The notes under the pieces are model-generated. The model ran no database searches, was not told the origin of the DNA, and saw nothing but the letters and a program-made list of their open reading frames with translations. Made by a program: the position numbers and the translations under genes. DNA of 56,771 bases, the filler included, from Sphacelaria rigidula (Eukaryota): NCBI GenBank assembly GCA_964200075.2. It is 5 parts of 5 records of this genome, joined end to end, with 100 filler letters (N's around TTAATTAATTAA, not from the genome) between each part and the next. Parts side by side here need not be neighbours in the genome. Positions count along the whole stretch, not along the records: positions 22,753 to 34,026 come from CAXNAA020005132.1; positions 34,127 to 45,399 come from CAXNAA020005133.1; 3 more parts are not named here. The stretch is one strand, 5' to 3'. This document shows positions 23,204 to 35,461 of this stretch, one piece after another (position 1 is the stretch's first letter; each line of letters starts with the position of its first letter).

Positions 23204-24740
23204 AGGAACTACAGTAGCTCAAGTTCGAAGTAGGATACTATTTGGTAATTTCTTCGTAATTGGCGATTCTCTCAGTTTCTTTCGCTTGCCATCGCTCACC
23301 ACATCGAGGAGCTAAAGATACTAGTATCCGCTCCACGTTCCAAGAAAAACATCTGAATTTTCAATAATTATTATTGTTGAGTGACTTACGGGCTGACCGA
23401 TTATCCGGGGTCCTGTCACTTTTCAGCCCAGACTCTGACTCTTCGGTATTTTTGGTCGACTGAACCTTCCCCCATCGTGTTTGTGAAGAAATGAAAAACG
23501 CATGTTTTCTTCAATTTTTCCCTACTCATTGTACCAGAGCCGAAAAACTATGTTTCACGGTCAATAACACTCTCCTGATAAACGAGGATATACTCGTATC
23601 GCCCGATAACACCAACTAACACTAACTTGGGCACTGTGTCTTCTGGACAATCTGTTTACTGTACCGAAATCTACCGACGATAGCACTTTCGAGTTCTATC
23701 GAAGAGTAGTACGCGAGAAAACACCCAAAACAACCCGTGCTTCTTTAAACTTGAGGTACTCTATATATTTACTTCGAAGTATAATTTTTTATGACGTTCT
23801 GGTTTCATATGTTTTGGATATCATCAGACGTGTTTATATTTATTCAACATCCCGAAAATAGCAGGACGTGGATCGCCTGGAACTGAATGCAACCTGTTAC
23901 CGACATTCCTTGCAGCGCGTCGACTATACAATGCATGCGCGTAGCATGCAGTATGTTGTGGGGCTGACAGTTTTGGCATATTTTGGATCATGGTATATAC
24001 ATGCGGCGAAACCGTCAAACGTGGTTGAACCAGGAAGAGCTAACGAGACACGGATCGCGGTAGCGCTCAAAAGCTCGATGACCACGCAATTGTAGCCGTG
24101 AATATTATAGCTTACAGTAGCGTCGAGATACCAGCGGGAGTCGCAGCATCACACAGGTGAGTATACTTCCAGTCACACCCGCTGAAAATGAATTTTGATT
24201 GTCGAGGATATGAGAGGACGCAATCACTGCACTACCTGTATTACTCCGAGACAGGGGAAGCGCCTCGTGTACAGACCAACTCTGTTGTCGCGGGACCGTA
24301 GTATCTGAAGCTTCTAGCGTACCTCCTAGCATTCATCAGGTGCCCGACCTATGGAAACACAATTGTAGAGGCCGCTTTGGCTTACTCGAGTGCAAGCGAT
24401 GCCTGCAGTAGCAGGTGCCGACCGGTTGTGTGTGCGGGGTGATCGTTTCAACACATACAGCTCGAACGGGCTCATTTCGTCCGCCAACTGCACCATTTCA
24501 CTGCAGTAGCGTTGAGGTATCGCGGTGTAGTACCGGACGCGTATAGTTCAGAAGTACTGAGCACTGATGAGTGTCAGATTGATCAACATAACGTGCATAA
24601 CACAGGATGTATGTACTTGAAATGTCCATGCTCTGTTATATCCATGATCAGAATGATTCGAGTAATTGCTGCGGTCAGTGCAAATTTGAATTTTTGCACG
24701 GTTCGGACGAATCATCGCCGGTTCGAATCACCAAATCTTC

Positions 24741-25111
24741 GAGCTCGGAAATAGTACCAGTTATAACTAGCCATTATCATTATAATGGTAATAATGGTAA
24801 TGTGTATATATATATATTGGATAACCGTTTCACACCATTATTTACTGTTACCGGCTACGTATGCTACATACAGCCCTTAAAAATTGGGCCAAATTGTACG
24901 TATTTTTTAAGCTCTCGTGAGGCCAAATCGCGTGCTGTAAAAACGTGCCTCCGGCACGGCACCTCCAGCGGGGCCCGCCGGAGGCGCCTCCAGCGAACCC
25001 CCTATACCGAGGGGGGGGGCTTTTTGGGTTGCGGCTACGCCGCTCGATGATGAAACCATACTGTACGATTTAAGTGGCTAATGAGTGCGCTACGCGTAAC
25101 CGTTCAACTGG
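24741..25111 (+). mobile_element. Non-autonomous Helitron-like repeat, second copy
   Basis: Diverged inverted copy of 22811-23203; ends with the hairpin then TTCAACTGG|T (CTRR). Confidence 0.55.
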
Positions 25112-26532
25112 TGAATGGTTAGTCAAACCATTTCCGAGCTTCACCAAATCTACAATTTTCAGACTTGATTGCTCGAAAGAGAGAAACAAATTGACCGCTG
25201 GTCCAAAAGCTCTCCACGCAATTTTGGGACCATTCCACGTGCTTGGGGTGCGCGTACCTGGGTTGCAACGCTAAAAACAAAGCCCAAGGACTGATTCGTA
25301 CGGTATGAATCAATGACACTAAAATCAAGTAATTTCCGACCCTTGGAATTTTGAAATATTCCGTCATGAAACTTATTTTCGGGACCGACCCCCAACTAAC
25401 ACGGGGTTGACCATGTGTTAGTGACATGAAAAAAAACTAAGTCAGTGAGCGACCTGCCCAATCACGGCGAGGCGAAATTTGTCGGCCAGACCCGAACGAC
25501 CAGCGCGGGGAATGTTACCGAATTTGATGTCACTGCCAAGATCGTGTGGGTCCCTGTCCCTGGCCCAGATGAAAACGCCTTCCCAGGTATGCAAAGCCCG
25601 GATGCTCGGGGAACGATTTCTAAATTTACTCGCATTCAGTATAGCGCTCCCGTGATTTCCCAGGTGTTTTTTCAGGTCGCCAACCTATACTAAAACATAA
25701 TAATTACACTAACACATGCTTGGGGGGGAAAAACCTGGAAAAAGCGTACATGTCACAAAGTGGTCATTTTCACGAGGCAATAAACCCAGCTGGGCCGTGG
25801 AAGGAGAGAAGGAGCTATCGTCATGAGTTCCGTCCATCCCTCCGCCGATGCCTTGCAGAACACAGTGAACATATATGTAGTGGGCGGGGACGAAGAAGCG
25901 GTATATAGACCAGCTGATCTCGATAGCTGAGAATTGCCGAGAACGTGCAAGGGCGTATGCAGCGGCAGCTGTTGCTGCAATCGGAGAGGCGTACTCCACT
26001 GTACTGTACTGTATGTATGTGCGCCGCAACGTCCATACCCCTCGAAGAGAATTTGCCGTTTGCAACGAAGAGGGAAGTCGCGGCCCACCCCGACCACGAA
26101 GGGCTGTGTGGCAAGGTGATGGGACAATAATATCATCCAAAGCCACCAGTGGCGGGCGGCCCGCCGGTCGCCACATCCTGTTGAAAGCTCTCTACGGCGA
26201 CCCATACTGCTTGCTACGTCAGATGTACATTACCTATTGCGCACCCAACCCGAATTACAGTTTGTACCTGCGCCTGAAAATAGATTGGATGAAACTTCTG
26301 GTCTTCCTCCTAACCCTGCGATTACATATGTGGATTTTCGGCAACATGAAGCCACTGTTTCGTGCAGACGCCAGACACGTCGTTCCTAAACAGCTTCATG
26401 GTGGTTCTGGAGGCCGGTCCCAAAAGGGTGAATCATTCTGAGACCGGACCCTCACTGACCAGGGGTTAGCGCCCGTTGTGAATCGGCATCACTTTTACTT
26501 GAAACACGACTGAAATTGATGCCGATCCACAA

Positions 26533-26620
26533 CCGGTCGCTCTGGTAGCTCAGGTGGTAACCTCGAAACCTCGGTTGCTAAACTCGAAGCCTTCTGACGG
26601 TTGGGACGTGGGTTCCAGCC
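26533..26620 (+). mobile_element. SINE family B head fragment
   Basis: CCGGTCGCTCTGGTAGCTCAGGTGGTAACCTCG...GTGGGTTC matches the head of 9107-9462, with a small internal duplication. Confidence 0.6.
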
Positions 26621-28007
26621 GATCCCGCTGTAACCTATCAGCATCAGCATCTAGGTAGTCCTTCTGGCGGACTGTGTATTCGCCTCACTCGTTTCAGTTG
26701 TCGGCGATAATGTTCAGGACACCATCGTACGTCAGGGTGCCTGAGGAGTCCCAGCTCCTTCTCATTCAATGTGACCGCTCTGAAATCTAACCATTGAAAT
26801 TGCCAACTGTATGCCCTATGATGTCTGTTATAACATTAACTGCTGTCAAGGAGAGATACCATGGAGCTATTCACAAGTCCCCTTGCTCCATGAGTTCATG
26901 GTTGTCTCCAGCCGGCGACCAGGAAATATTGACCACTCAGACTCCGAGAATTTTGTTTCTGACCAATAGAAACTTTGCGCTCCACTTCGGTATCTCTCGC
27001 TAGCACAGCACATTCCAACAATGAGTAGTTTACCAGCACCATCTCTCCCATGAAATATGAACAGGCCGTGGCCAGGTAAGTGTATAACTTGTCGTTTTTG
27101 TCCACCGTACGAGCTGGGCTAGCCTAGACGCGGATTCAAGCTCTCAAATCAATATATCATCGACACAGACGAGTTGGGTCGTGATCTGCATATAGTATTC
27201 ATCGTCTGATCATGGGGAAGATGCCCATGTGCTCAGATGTCTGGGCCATTTGTTTCTTGTTGATCAAATCCCATGTCTAGTAATTCCTATACCGTGCGGA
27301 GATTGCGTCAATACCAAAGTCTATATGGAACCCCGAACGATATATACAGCGGATGATTACGATTTTTAGTGTGGATGTTCCCTGGAAAACGGAGAAACGG
27401 TCAATACCTCCACTTTTGCCTAATTCGTTATCTGTCTCGATATATGGCGCACATAAGTTTCCGTATTAAAATCAATACATTTCGAGCAGAGGCACTCAAT
27501 GCACTAAATCTGGATATTCCATCTCAGTTTCTGAGGGTTGTGTTTTGAAATTTCGTTCGGAAAATCGCCACTGCATAATGAAGAAAAAACATCGTTTTTC
27601 GTTTTTTTTTTTTCTTTTTTTGTTTGTATTTCCAGGGGAGTTTTACGGAAAGGTGGACAGTCCTCTCGGACCTGATCTCAGTTTTTCAGCTCAATTTTAA
27701 CAATGGAGATTCGAAACTTATCATGGAGGATTGCAAAGGCATGCTGAAGAAAACAAATTGGGCCTTTCATTGTTTTTTTTGGAGAGGAAACGGGCCTTCT
27801 CGTGAAAATATGGTCTTCACTATACTGAAGCGTTCTAAGCAAGTGAATATATAAATATATATCAACCTTTCCCACTTTTTTGATCGGTTATGGCCTAGTG
27901 AGGGCCCACACAAAGATTCAAGGCACGAGTACCAGACTTGGGCCGGGAAACGGCCTTGAAAATATTGTTCCGAATTTTGCCCGGCTCGGTTTTTAAATCG
28001 CCGTTTT

Positions 28008-28252
28008 TCACCTCAATTTTGCGAGTTAGACTTCGAAATTTGGTAGGAAGAATAGGGCATGCTCAAACGCTGTCGCGCGGGACGCATTTTTTTCCCCCTC
28101 TTGAGTCAAGGGCAATAATCAGTGTCTTGATATCAGGAAAAAACCGTTAACTCACGAAAAAAAAAAATTTGCGTCCCGCGCGGCAGCGTTCCAGCATGCC
28201 CTGTTCTTCCTCCTTACCACATTTCGAAGTCTAACTCGCAAAATTGAGGTGA
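28008..28252. repeat. Inverted repeat / foldback (~85-95-bp arms, ~60-bp loop)
   Basis: TCACCTCAATTTTGCGAGTTAGACTTCGAAAT...GCGGGACGCA pairs with TGCGTCCCGC...ATTTCGAAGTCTAACTCGCAAAATTGAGGTGA. Confidence 0.85.
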
Positions 28253-28734
28253 GACGGGGTCTGTAAACCACAAATTCGCGTCGTGGCTGGCCCAGCCTGT
28301 AGAGTACAATGATCAGCGCGAAAAGACGTGTTGACATGGCCGTCTCCCCATCATGTATGCCGAGAACACACAGTGTTGGTTCTTTATATATATGCCTTGC
28401 AAAAAAATGGAAGAAGACAAACGGAATGGTGCCTAGCACAGCTGCGAAGTTGCGGGTGACCCCGCGTCAGGGTTGTCCTGTACCCTAAATTGGTACGAAG
28501 CGGCAAGATACATCTGCTCGTCTTTCGTGGCCACAATTTGCCGAAGCTGTCCATTTCGTATAATGTTTTGATACCTGATAAGTTTTCTGCGGTCGAAACG
28601 AAGTATACGTGAAACCTCGCTGACCATTGCAACACTCTCTAACGTGGCAAACATTACGTTGCACTGTATGACTTTCTTCTGTCACTCCATTTGTTATGAA
28701 TTACGCTTTCCGTGTTGCTTGCCTTGAAACACAG

Positions 28735-31700
28735 GGCCGCCGCGCGATCACTCCTGGAGCTACAAAGAGAGAAAAGATTCATCACGTCGCGTGAACGAAA
28801 GTTAGCAGCACCAGCGACCACCCGCGAAACACCACGGGTCGGCAACATCGGCACGCTAGGCGTCCTCCCAGGCACCCTCAACACCCGGAGAGGGCAATGC
28901 CAAAGCGATGTCCCTGCAGTAAACTTCGCCGAACCGACAACAATCACTACACCCCCCGCCAGCAGAGATGATGATTCCGCGTGCTTATTTAAAGCTATGA
29001 TGATTCCGAACATGAATATTTATGGCCCAGCTCGCGCGCGAACCAACGCCGGCTACCCTTCTTCTACCGACATACGGGGACGTTCCGATGTTGTGATTCA
29101 TCGTGTGAATGCGCCCGGAATCCACGATTCACCTCAACCAGGACCTCAACACAGGATGTTGTCCTGTAGCACGGCACCGTTGAAAAGGCGACCGCTGGAC
29201 TACCGTGGCGGCGGAAGCGGCGTGTACGCGATTGACATGTCAGTGTTGTCATTATACTTGTGTGACCGGTGCCGAAGAAGGGAAGTGGGGCGGGGGTGGG
29301 AAGACTTTGCCAGTGACAGCAGCGAGTTCGGCATTAGTGGTGGTTTATCTTCGCCGCGATCGACCTCGTCGGTGTCTACATCAAACGGCTACCATTCGCG
29401 GGGCACGCGAAATGATCTCTTCGGGTCGTTCACACAAGACCTCCAGCGTAGAGTGCCGCAGGAGGACGACAACGCCAATTTTCTACGGGAACGGGCGGCC
29501 CGTCAAGTGCAGAAATTTTTGAGGCAGCGTTGGCGGCGAGTGGGGTTCTACGAAGAGAATTGCGTCGCGGGGCGGCGGCGGCGACGACGACTGCAGCGGA
29601 GAAGTGACGAAAAGGGGACGACAGAAGCATCTGATTTTTGCGGTTTGTGTGGGGGCAGGCGTGAGTGTCCGGCGTTGTCCGGCTGCGGCCCCAGTAAAAG
29701 GTGTGGATACGACTCGAGTCGAAATCTGATGGATTGTGTGACTGTGGGCAAGTGCGACGATTGCACGAGCGGGGCATCCTGTGTTGATGGTGACGACCTG
29801 TCTACATTTAATGGTGGCGCACAAGGAAGTGATGGTGTTCCGGTCAGGAACGTTATGGGCGAAAATGTTTCCGGCCACGGCATCGAAGCTCGTTTCCCGG
29901 AGAAGGGATCCTTTGAAGATCGATTTTCCAGTAGGACAGAAACTCTGAAAGTTGCCGTAGTTGTGTGGTGGACGGAAAGCGTCTTGCAACTGGCCTTCAA
30001 TCGTGCGGTGTCATCTAAGCTCAAAGTTCGAACAATTCCAGAGACGCTCCATCCCATCATTGCTGCAAAGAAGACGTCTTGGTCGACAGCCGACATCGAA
30101 GGAACGAAGCGGGAGAAAGTCTGTCTCTCGATGGCGATGAAATTCGTCGGATACGTACTCGGCGCATGCTGCAAACGCATGTCTGTAAACACCACCCTGC
30201 GTACATCCCAAGACATATCCTCGCGCGCGCCGCGAAGTGCTTGGTGTGCGCTTTACCAAGGGAGGGCTTCGCAAGTGTCAAACCCTGAACGAATACTCCA
30301 CGGCATAGAGTCAAAACAACCTCGAGGAGTCGCCGAGGAGGTCTTGCAGACAGTCGTCGACGCATGTCGGGCTTCCCCGCCGGTGACCACTCCGGGAGTG
30401 TTACCCACAATGCTGGCCGAAGAAGCGCCATCGAGAACCCAGCAGCCCCCGAAGATGCTCTTATCAGAGGGAGAAAAGGTAGCGACTACTAAGAATGTCC
30501 AATTTCAGGAACGGGGTGGAAAGGCGACGGTTTTTCTGAATTCCGACGGTGAGCTTACCGTTGGTGTTGGTGGAGGTGATGAGGATGAAGTCGCTAGAGA
30601 TGAGTCATTTTCGCACTACGAATGTATGAATACCACTACGATACACAGTGGCGACGGTGTCACGAACTCTACACCGCGGCCACCGTACTCGGAGTCGGCC
30701 CTTCTAGCAGCCAGCACCATCTCCACGGGAAACATTTATCAATCCGGCAGGGAAAGGGGTGCTTTTTGTTCCCCTCCCCGACATCATGAAAGTAGCACGA
30801 TCGGGAGTCCCTCGTCCACCTGGGGTGGTAACGAAAATCGCGATGACTGTGTCTCTTTTGCCGCAGACTCGACGCCTACGACGGGCCCACTTTTTCGTAG
30901 CGCACGAAGGAGCACCGCCCCCGCCATCGGCGACGTAGATCTTGAAGTAAACTCGGCCCGCGGGAGACCTCACGGGTGGAGTAGGAAGCGCTCACGACTC
31001 GGAAAATTTGTCCGGATAACGAACGTTCCAGTCACATCCAATGGGAATGGGGTGGAAATTATACACCGGTCGCAATCGGCAATAGTTCGGACAGAAAATC
31101 GAAACGTGGTCAGCTGTCGCGATCTGTGGCAACAGGTGCCCGCGAGGGGGGAGAGGAGCGGTCAAATGTCACGGCTACCGCGAACGGGTATTCAAGCGGG
31201 GATTGTCGGAAGAGAAACGGTGGCTACCGATGGAAGTGCCGAAAGAGAACGGTTCATAAGGAGACTGGTGCACACAACCGGGTGCCCTCAGGGACAGAGG
31301 CAACAGCCACGTACGGGCGGTGTGACGAAGAATCCGAGAGGCAGGAGGCTCAGGTGGGGGTCGAAGCTCATCAGCTCGAAACGCTCTGATATCGATGGTG
31401 ATTGGGATAATGGCCCATCCGTAGTCACTGGAGCGTCGAATTGTTTCACACCGGGAGGGCAGGGAGACAAAGGAGACTCTACGAGCGGTGGTGCTGTCGG
31501 GTTTGGGGTCAGAGTGGATGACGGTACCAATGCCTTCGGCGGCAGAGGCGTCGTGATGGATACAAGCAGCTCGACAGATGCGGCAGCTTCTACGGTCGCT
31601 ACGGCGGTCGAAGCTCGACAGGCTTTGGGAACACAAAGAAGCGAGGCGGAGCACGACTATGGTGGTGAAAATACCAGCGTAGTGTTAAATCATGCACATC

Positions 31701-32341
31701 ATCGTCCTTCACCACGCCTGCGTGAAGGTCTCCCGTGGGTCCTGAATGGTAGGCGGCAAGATGCGACGGACACGAGTTTTGTTTCAGAAGCAGGTGTTGC
31801 CGCCAGCGACAGCGGTGGTGGTCGAGATTCCGAGGTGCCGTCGCCGACGGAGGATCGAATACCACTGACAGGGCGACTCGCTAGTAATGTGGGTGACGGA
31901 AGTGCGAATCAAGAAAAACACGGGGTGAACATGATTCATGGCGTCGCGATCTACCGAGAAAACGAGCACGTCACCCCACAGACCAATAGCACCGGGGCCA
32001 CATCATCTAGTACATCCCCGCCGCGTCTTCCCATCTCCCGACACCGAGAAGGTGGAAATGGCGGCGGCGGGGGCACTTCCATTTGTGGAAACACCTACGA
32101 ACTATACTCAAACGAAGGGGCCCACGGAGGACACGGCAGCAAAAGCAAGACCTTGATGATGGTAAGGGGAGCGAGGGGGGGGGGTCGAAGATTTACATCA
32201 CGATGGGTTCTGCCCAAGAAACCGAAAGGAACGCACGGGCGATCGGCGCCGGGGCCGTCTCCGAGAGAAGTATTGCACCGGGTCTTGGCAGCGGGGCAGA
32301 AGCGGCCGTTGGACTCACAGGTGTGGTTTACAAACGTCTAA
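28735..32341 (+). CDS. Large terminal exon of an unknown, largely disordered protein (~1200 aa) with an IQ-like motif
   Basis: 3.6-kb stop-free frame; AAACACAG|G acceptor at 28734/28735; AARQVQKFLRQRWRR resembles an IQ motif; S/G/R/T-rich; no other domain recognised. Confidence 0.7.
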
Positions 32342-34026
32342 TCGAGCCGCGTAAGCTCCAGTGCATGGTATCTGCCTCTTGAACGTTGTGATGCCCTCAC
32401 TTGTTCTGGTGGTCGTGGATTATATTCTGTTAGTTGCGCAGGTTTTTATGCATTGTGCGGCAAATTATGTAGAAATGGCACAAGAAGGTTTATTTTGAGA
32501 CATATTTTTGACGAAGGAGCCACCTTCAAACATCGCTGCCATAAGGAATATCCACTTGAACGCTTCTAGTATCAATACTGTGCAGGTATTCAAACCACTT
32601 GATGGCGTTTCCACCCAAGCGGAAGCCCATCACGAGTGCGTGAGGTTGTGCAACACGCTCATGATCCCCTTTTCTCGTGCAATCAAACCTCCCCCCCTGT
32701 CGCTGGATCCCTCTTTCGAGGGCTGGCGTCGGCTGGCAACGACGCTGTAAAAAACGCCACTCATTGCGTGAGCTAGGCAACCAGGGTACCGTTTTGATTC
32801 TCTTGCGTTTTTCTTCGGTAATCATGATGGTGGTCGAGCGATCACACTTTGCGGGGTGTAGAAGCTGAACTCCGCGGAAAGGGGACAGTCGTACTACGTA
32901 GTGTTGATATGAGTAGACACCCATGAGGCAGTATGTAACCCGTGGCTGTATCTAGAAGTGACGATACTAAAAAATGAAGTAGCTCATTGTAGGCTGTCAT
33001 CCGTTTGCAAGCTAGTTACTACGCTTCGGGCCGCGCAATGTCAGTAGTATGCAGCTTATCCTGCATGCGACTCGCCGAATACATCACGGCGCTCCGCCCT
33101 TGGTGATTGCGAGCCTGTTCCGGCGAAAACCCGTCATGCTCCATCCCGGCTTCGTAGGGATGCGAGGTCAAGGGTCTCATGACTACGGCATGCAAGATCT
33201 TGAGTACACCCTATCGCAGGATCCCTCGAGTGTCCAATGCTTTCGTGTAAATCCTTTGCAATATGCTTTGCAAAAAACCCCGGTGCCGGTCCTTCGGCAA
33301 ACCTTACAACACTGAATTGTCGCTCGGGATGAATACTGGAGGCTCGTACCAATGTATACACCGCCCTTTATGTTACGGTTTTCTGTGACCCTCCCCCGAA
33401 AACACAAACTTCTTCCTTGGGAGGACGCGCGGTCACTGGTGTAGGAACTTAGGTATACTACTGCGGGTACGCCCCTCCACCCACCTACCGCCCGCTGAAA
33501 TGGCTCTTGATGCATGGCTTCACGTCCAGGAACCGTGTCGTAAACTTGTCGACTGATGTCTACTTTCGTGGTCAATAAGCTGACAACGTCTCCAGTCGTG
33601 AAGCGCACAATGTCGAGACGAATTTGTCTGCACCAGTGGCTATCGGGACAGTCCGACTCGCCCAATTTCTTTCGTGGCCTGTGATGGCAAGTAGCATGAA
33701 ACGGTACCCCTTTTTCCCCCCTCCCCGGCCGCGCGCCCCCCTTACCCTGCCCCACCTCCACACGCCGGGCGCGGATACTCGGAAACACGTCTGGAGTAAC
33801 AACGGCAACATCTTAGGGTTAGAGTTCAGTATTTCGAAATGCAGCTGAGGAGCATGGAAAAGTCGAGCACCGATTGCATGGAGGTGGTCGGGGAAACGGC
33901 ACCAGTGCTGCTTGCAAGACTCTTGATACGATAGCCCCTCCCTCCCCCCCGAAAAAAGAAGTATGAGGCATTGTATAAGCCATGGCTGTCTCTGGAAGTG
34001 GCGATACCAGAAAATAAAGCAACTCA

Positions 34027-34126
34027 NNNNNNNNNNNNNNNNNNNNNNNNNNNNNNNNNNNNNNNNNNNNTTAATTAATTAANNNNNNNNNNNNNNNNNN
34101 NNNNNNNNNNNNNNNNNNNNNNNNNN
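34027..34126. other. Artificial contig linker
   Basis: Same 100-bp spacer. Confidence 0.98.
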
Positions 34127-34449
34127 CTCATTAAACGAAGTACCAAACTGTAGTCAACTGCGAAAGTGTAGAGAGTTGAGGGTACCATGTGCGGCGGAAT
34201 TGGCCACAAGAAAACGGCTGAAAGTGGAGTTTCGGTTACAGTCGGTTGTGCCGCGTGGTGCTGCACAAGCTGCGATCGTAAAACAACACATGTCGCACTA
34301 GGCGCGCAGTATCCAAGATGGCAAGCAAACGAGCCCCCCAGCGCGCCAAGGCGTCTGGTAGTAGTGTGCGTACCAGCGAACAGTTTGTGAAGACCTCCGA
34401 GCCGAAATTAAAAGGAGACAAGTCAAAGGCGAACTTCCTGTTGAGGGTC

Positions 34450-35120
34450 ACTCTCCACATAGGAACCGGATTTCGAGAGAGTGACGCAATTCCCGAGCTC
34501 AATTTTCAGTCGTTTTCGATGAAATTCTGACATGATGTATAAGACGTATGTGCGAACACCCCTTCGTTCCTCCCGTGTTTTTTTTTTCTTCGTGCGTTAT
34601 TGGCGACGGAAATTTTCAGAACAGTGTCTCGGAACAAAATTGCAAATAACTCACGAACAAAAGAAAAAACAAACAGGGGGGGGGGTAAAAAGGGATCTTC
34701 GCACATACGTCCTGTACATCGTGTCAGAATTTCGTCGAAAAACTTGAAATTGAACATCATGATTGCGTTTGAATTATTTGTTGCTGGTCCATCTCCATAT
34801 ACTTTAGGAACCGGTTTACGACAGAATGACGGGAGTCTTGAGCTCAATTTTGAGTGTTTTTTTTCATGAAATTCTGACAGGATGTACAGGACGTACATGC
34901 GAAGACCCGCGTAATCCCCCCCGGTTTTGCTTTCCTTTTGTTCGTTTGTCAATGACGATTTTGTTCCGAAAATAACTGTTCTGAAATGCTCCGTCGCCAA
35001 TAACTCACGAAGAAAATAAAAGAAAACAGGGGGCGATTTTGGGGGTCTTTGCATGTACGTCCTGTACATCGTGTCAGAATTTGATAAAACACGACTCAAA
35101 ACTGGGCTCAAGACTCGCGT
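34450..35120. repeat. Two adjacent foldback units (~330 bp each)
   Basis: Each unit has arms GAAATTCTGACA.GATGTA.A.GACGTA.(G/A)TGCGAA and its reverse complement; the central spacers are reverse complements of each other. Confidence 0.8.
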
Positions 35121-35461
35121 GTCAACGATCCTGTTCGCATCTTGGGCGGCCCAGCCTGTAGTTCTTTCCCTGATTTCAGACGGGTCCTCAATTTTTGTCG
35201 AGTGCCGATTTTTAAACGTCTGGCCATCATCGCGCTTCGCGCAAGAATATTTCGCTTCACTTTGAATGACCCCTATCTACACGGGGTGAGCCTCTTGTTT
35301 GCTGTCGACGATCACCTCCGCATGTTTGCAGACGGACAGCAGACTGTATTGGTACTATTTGCTCTCCCATCAATATTCCTCTTCTTATTCCCAGTATATT
35401 CCTCCGACGTCAGCTGCTGTCGCTGTCACTTGATCCACGTGCTTTCGTTAGTAGACTGCAG

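Noticed and set aside
33039-33585. Possible solo LTR (TGTCAG...CTGACA)
   Set aside because: No matching TSD and no second copy in the window, so the evidence is too weak.
34318-34445. MASKRAPQRAK... as first exon of the IMPase gene
   Set aside because: No convincing donor or IMPase similarity, so it cannot be linked without transcripts.
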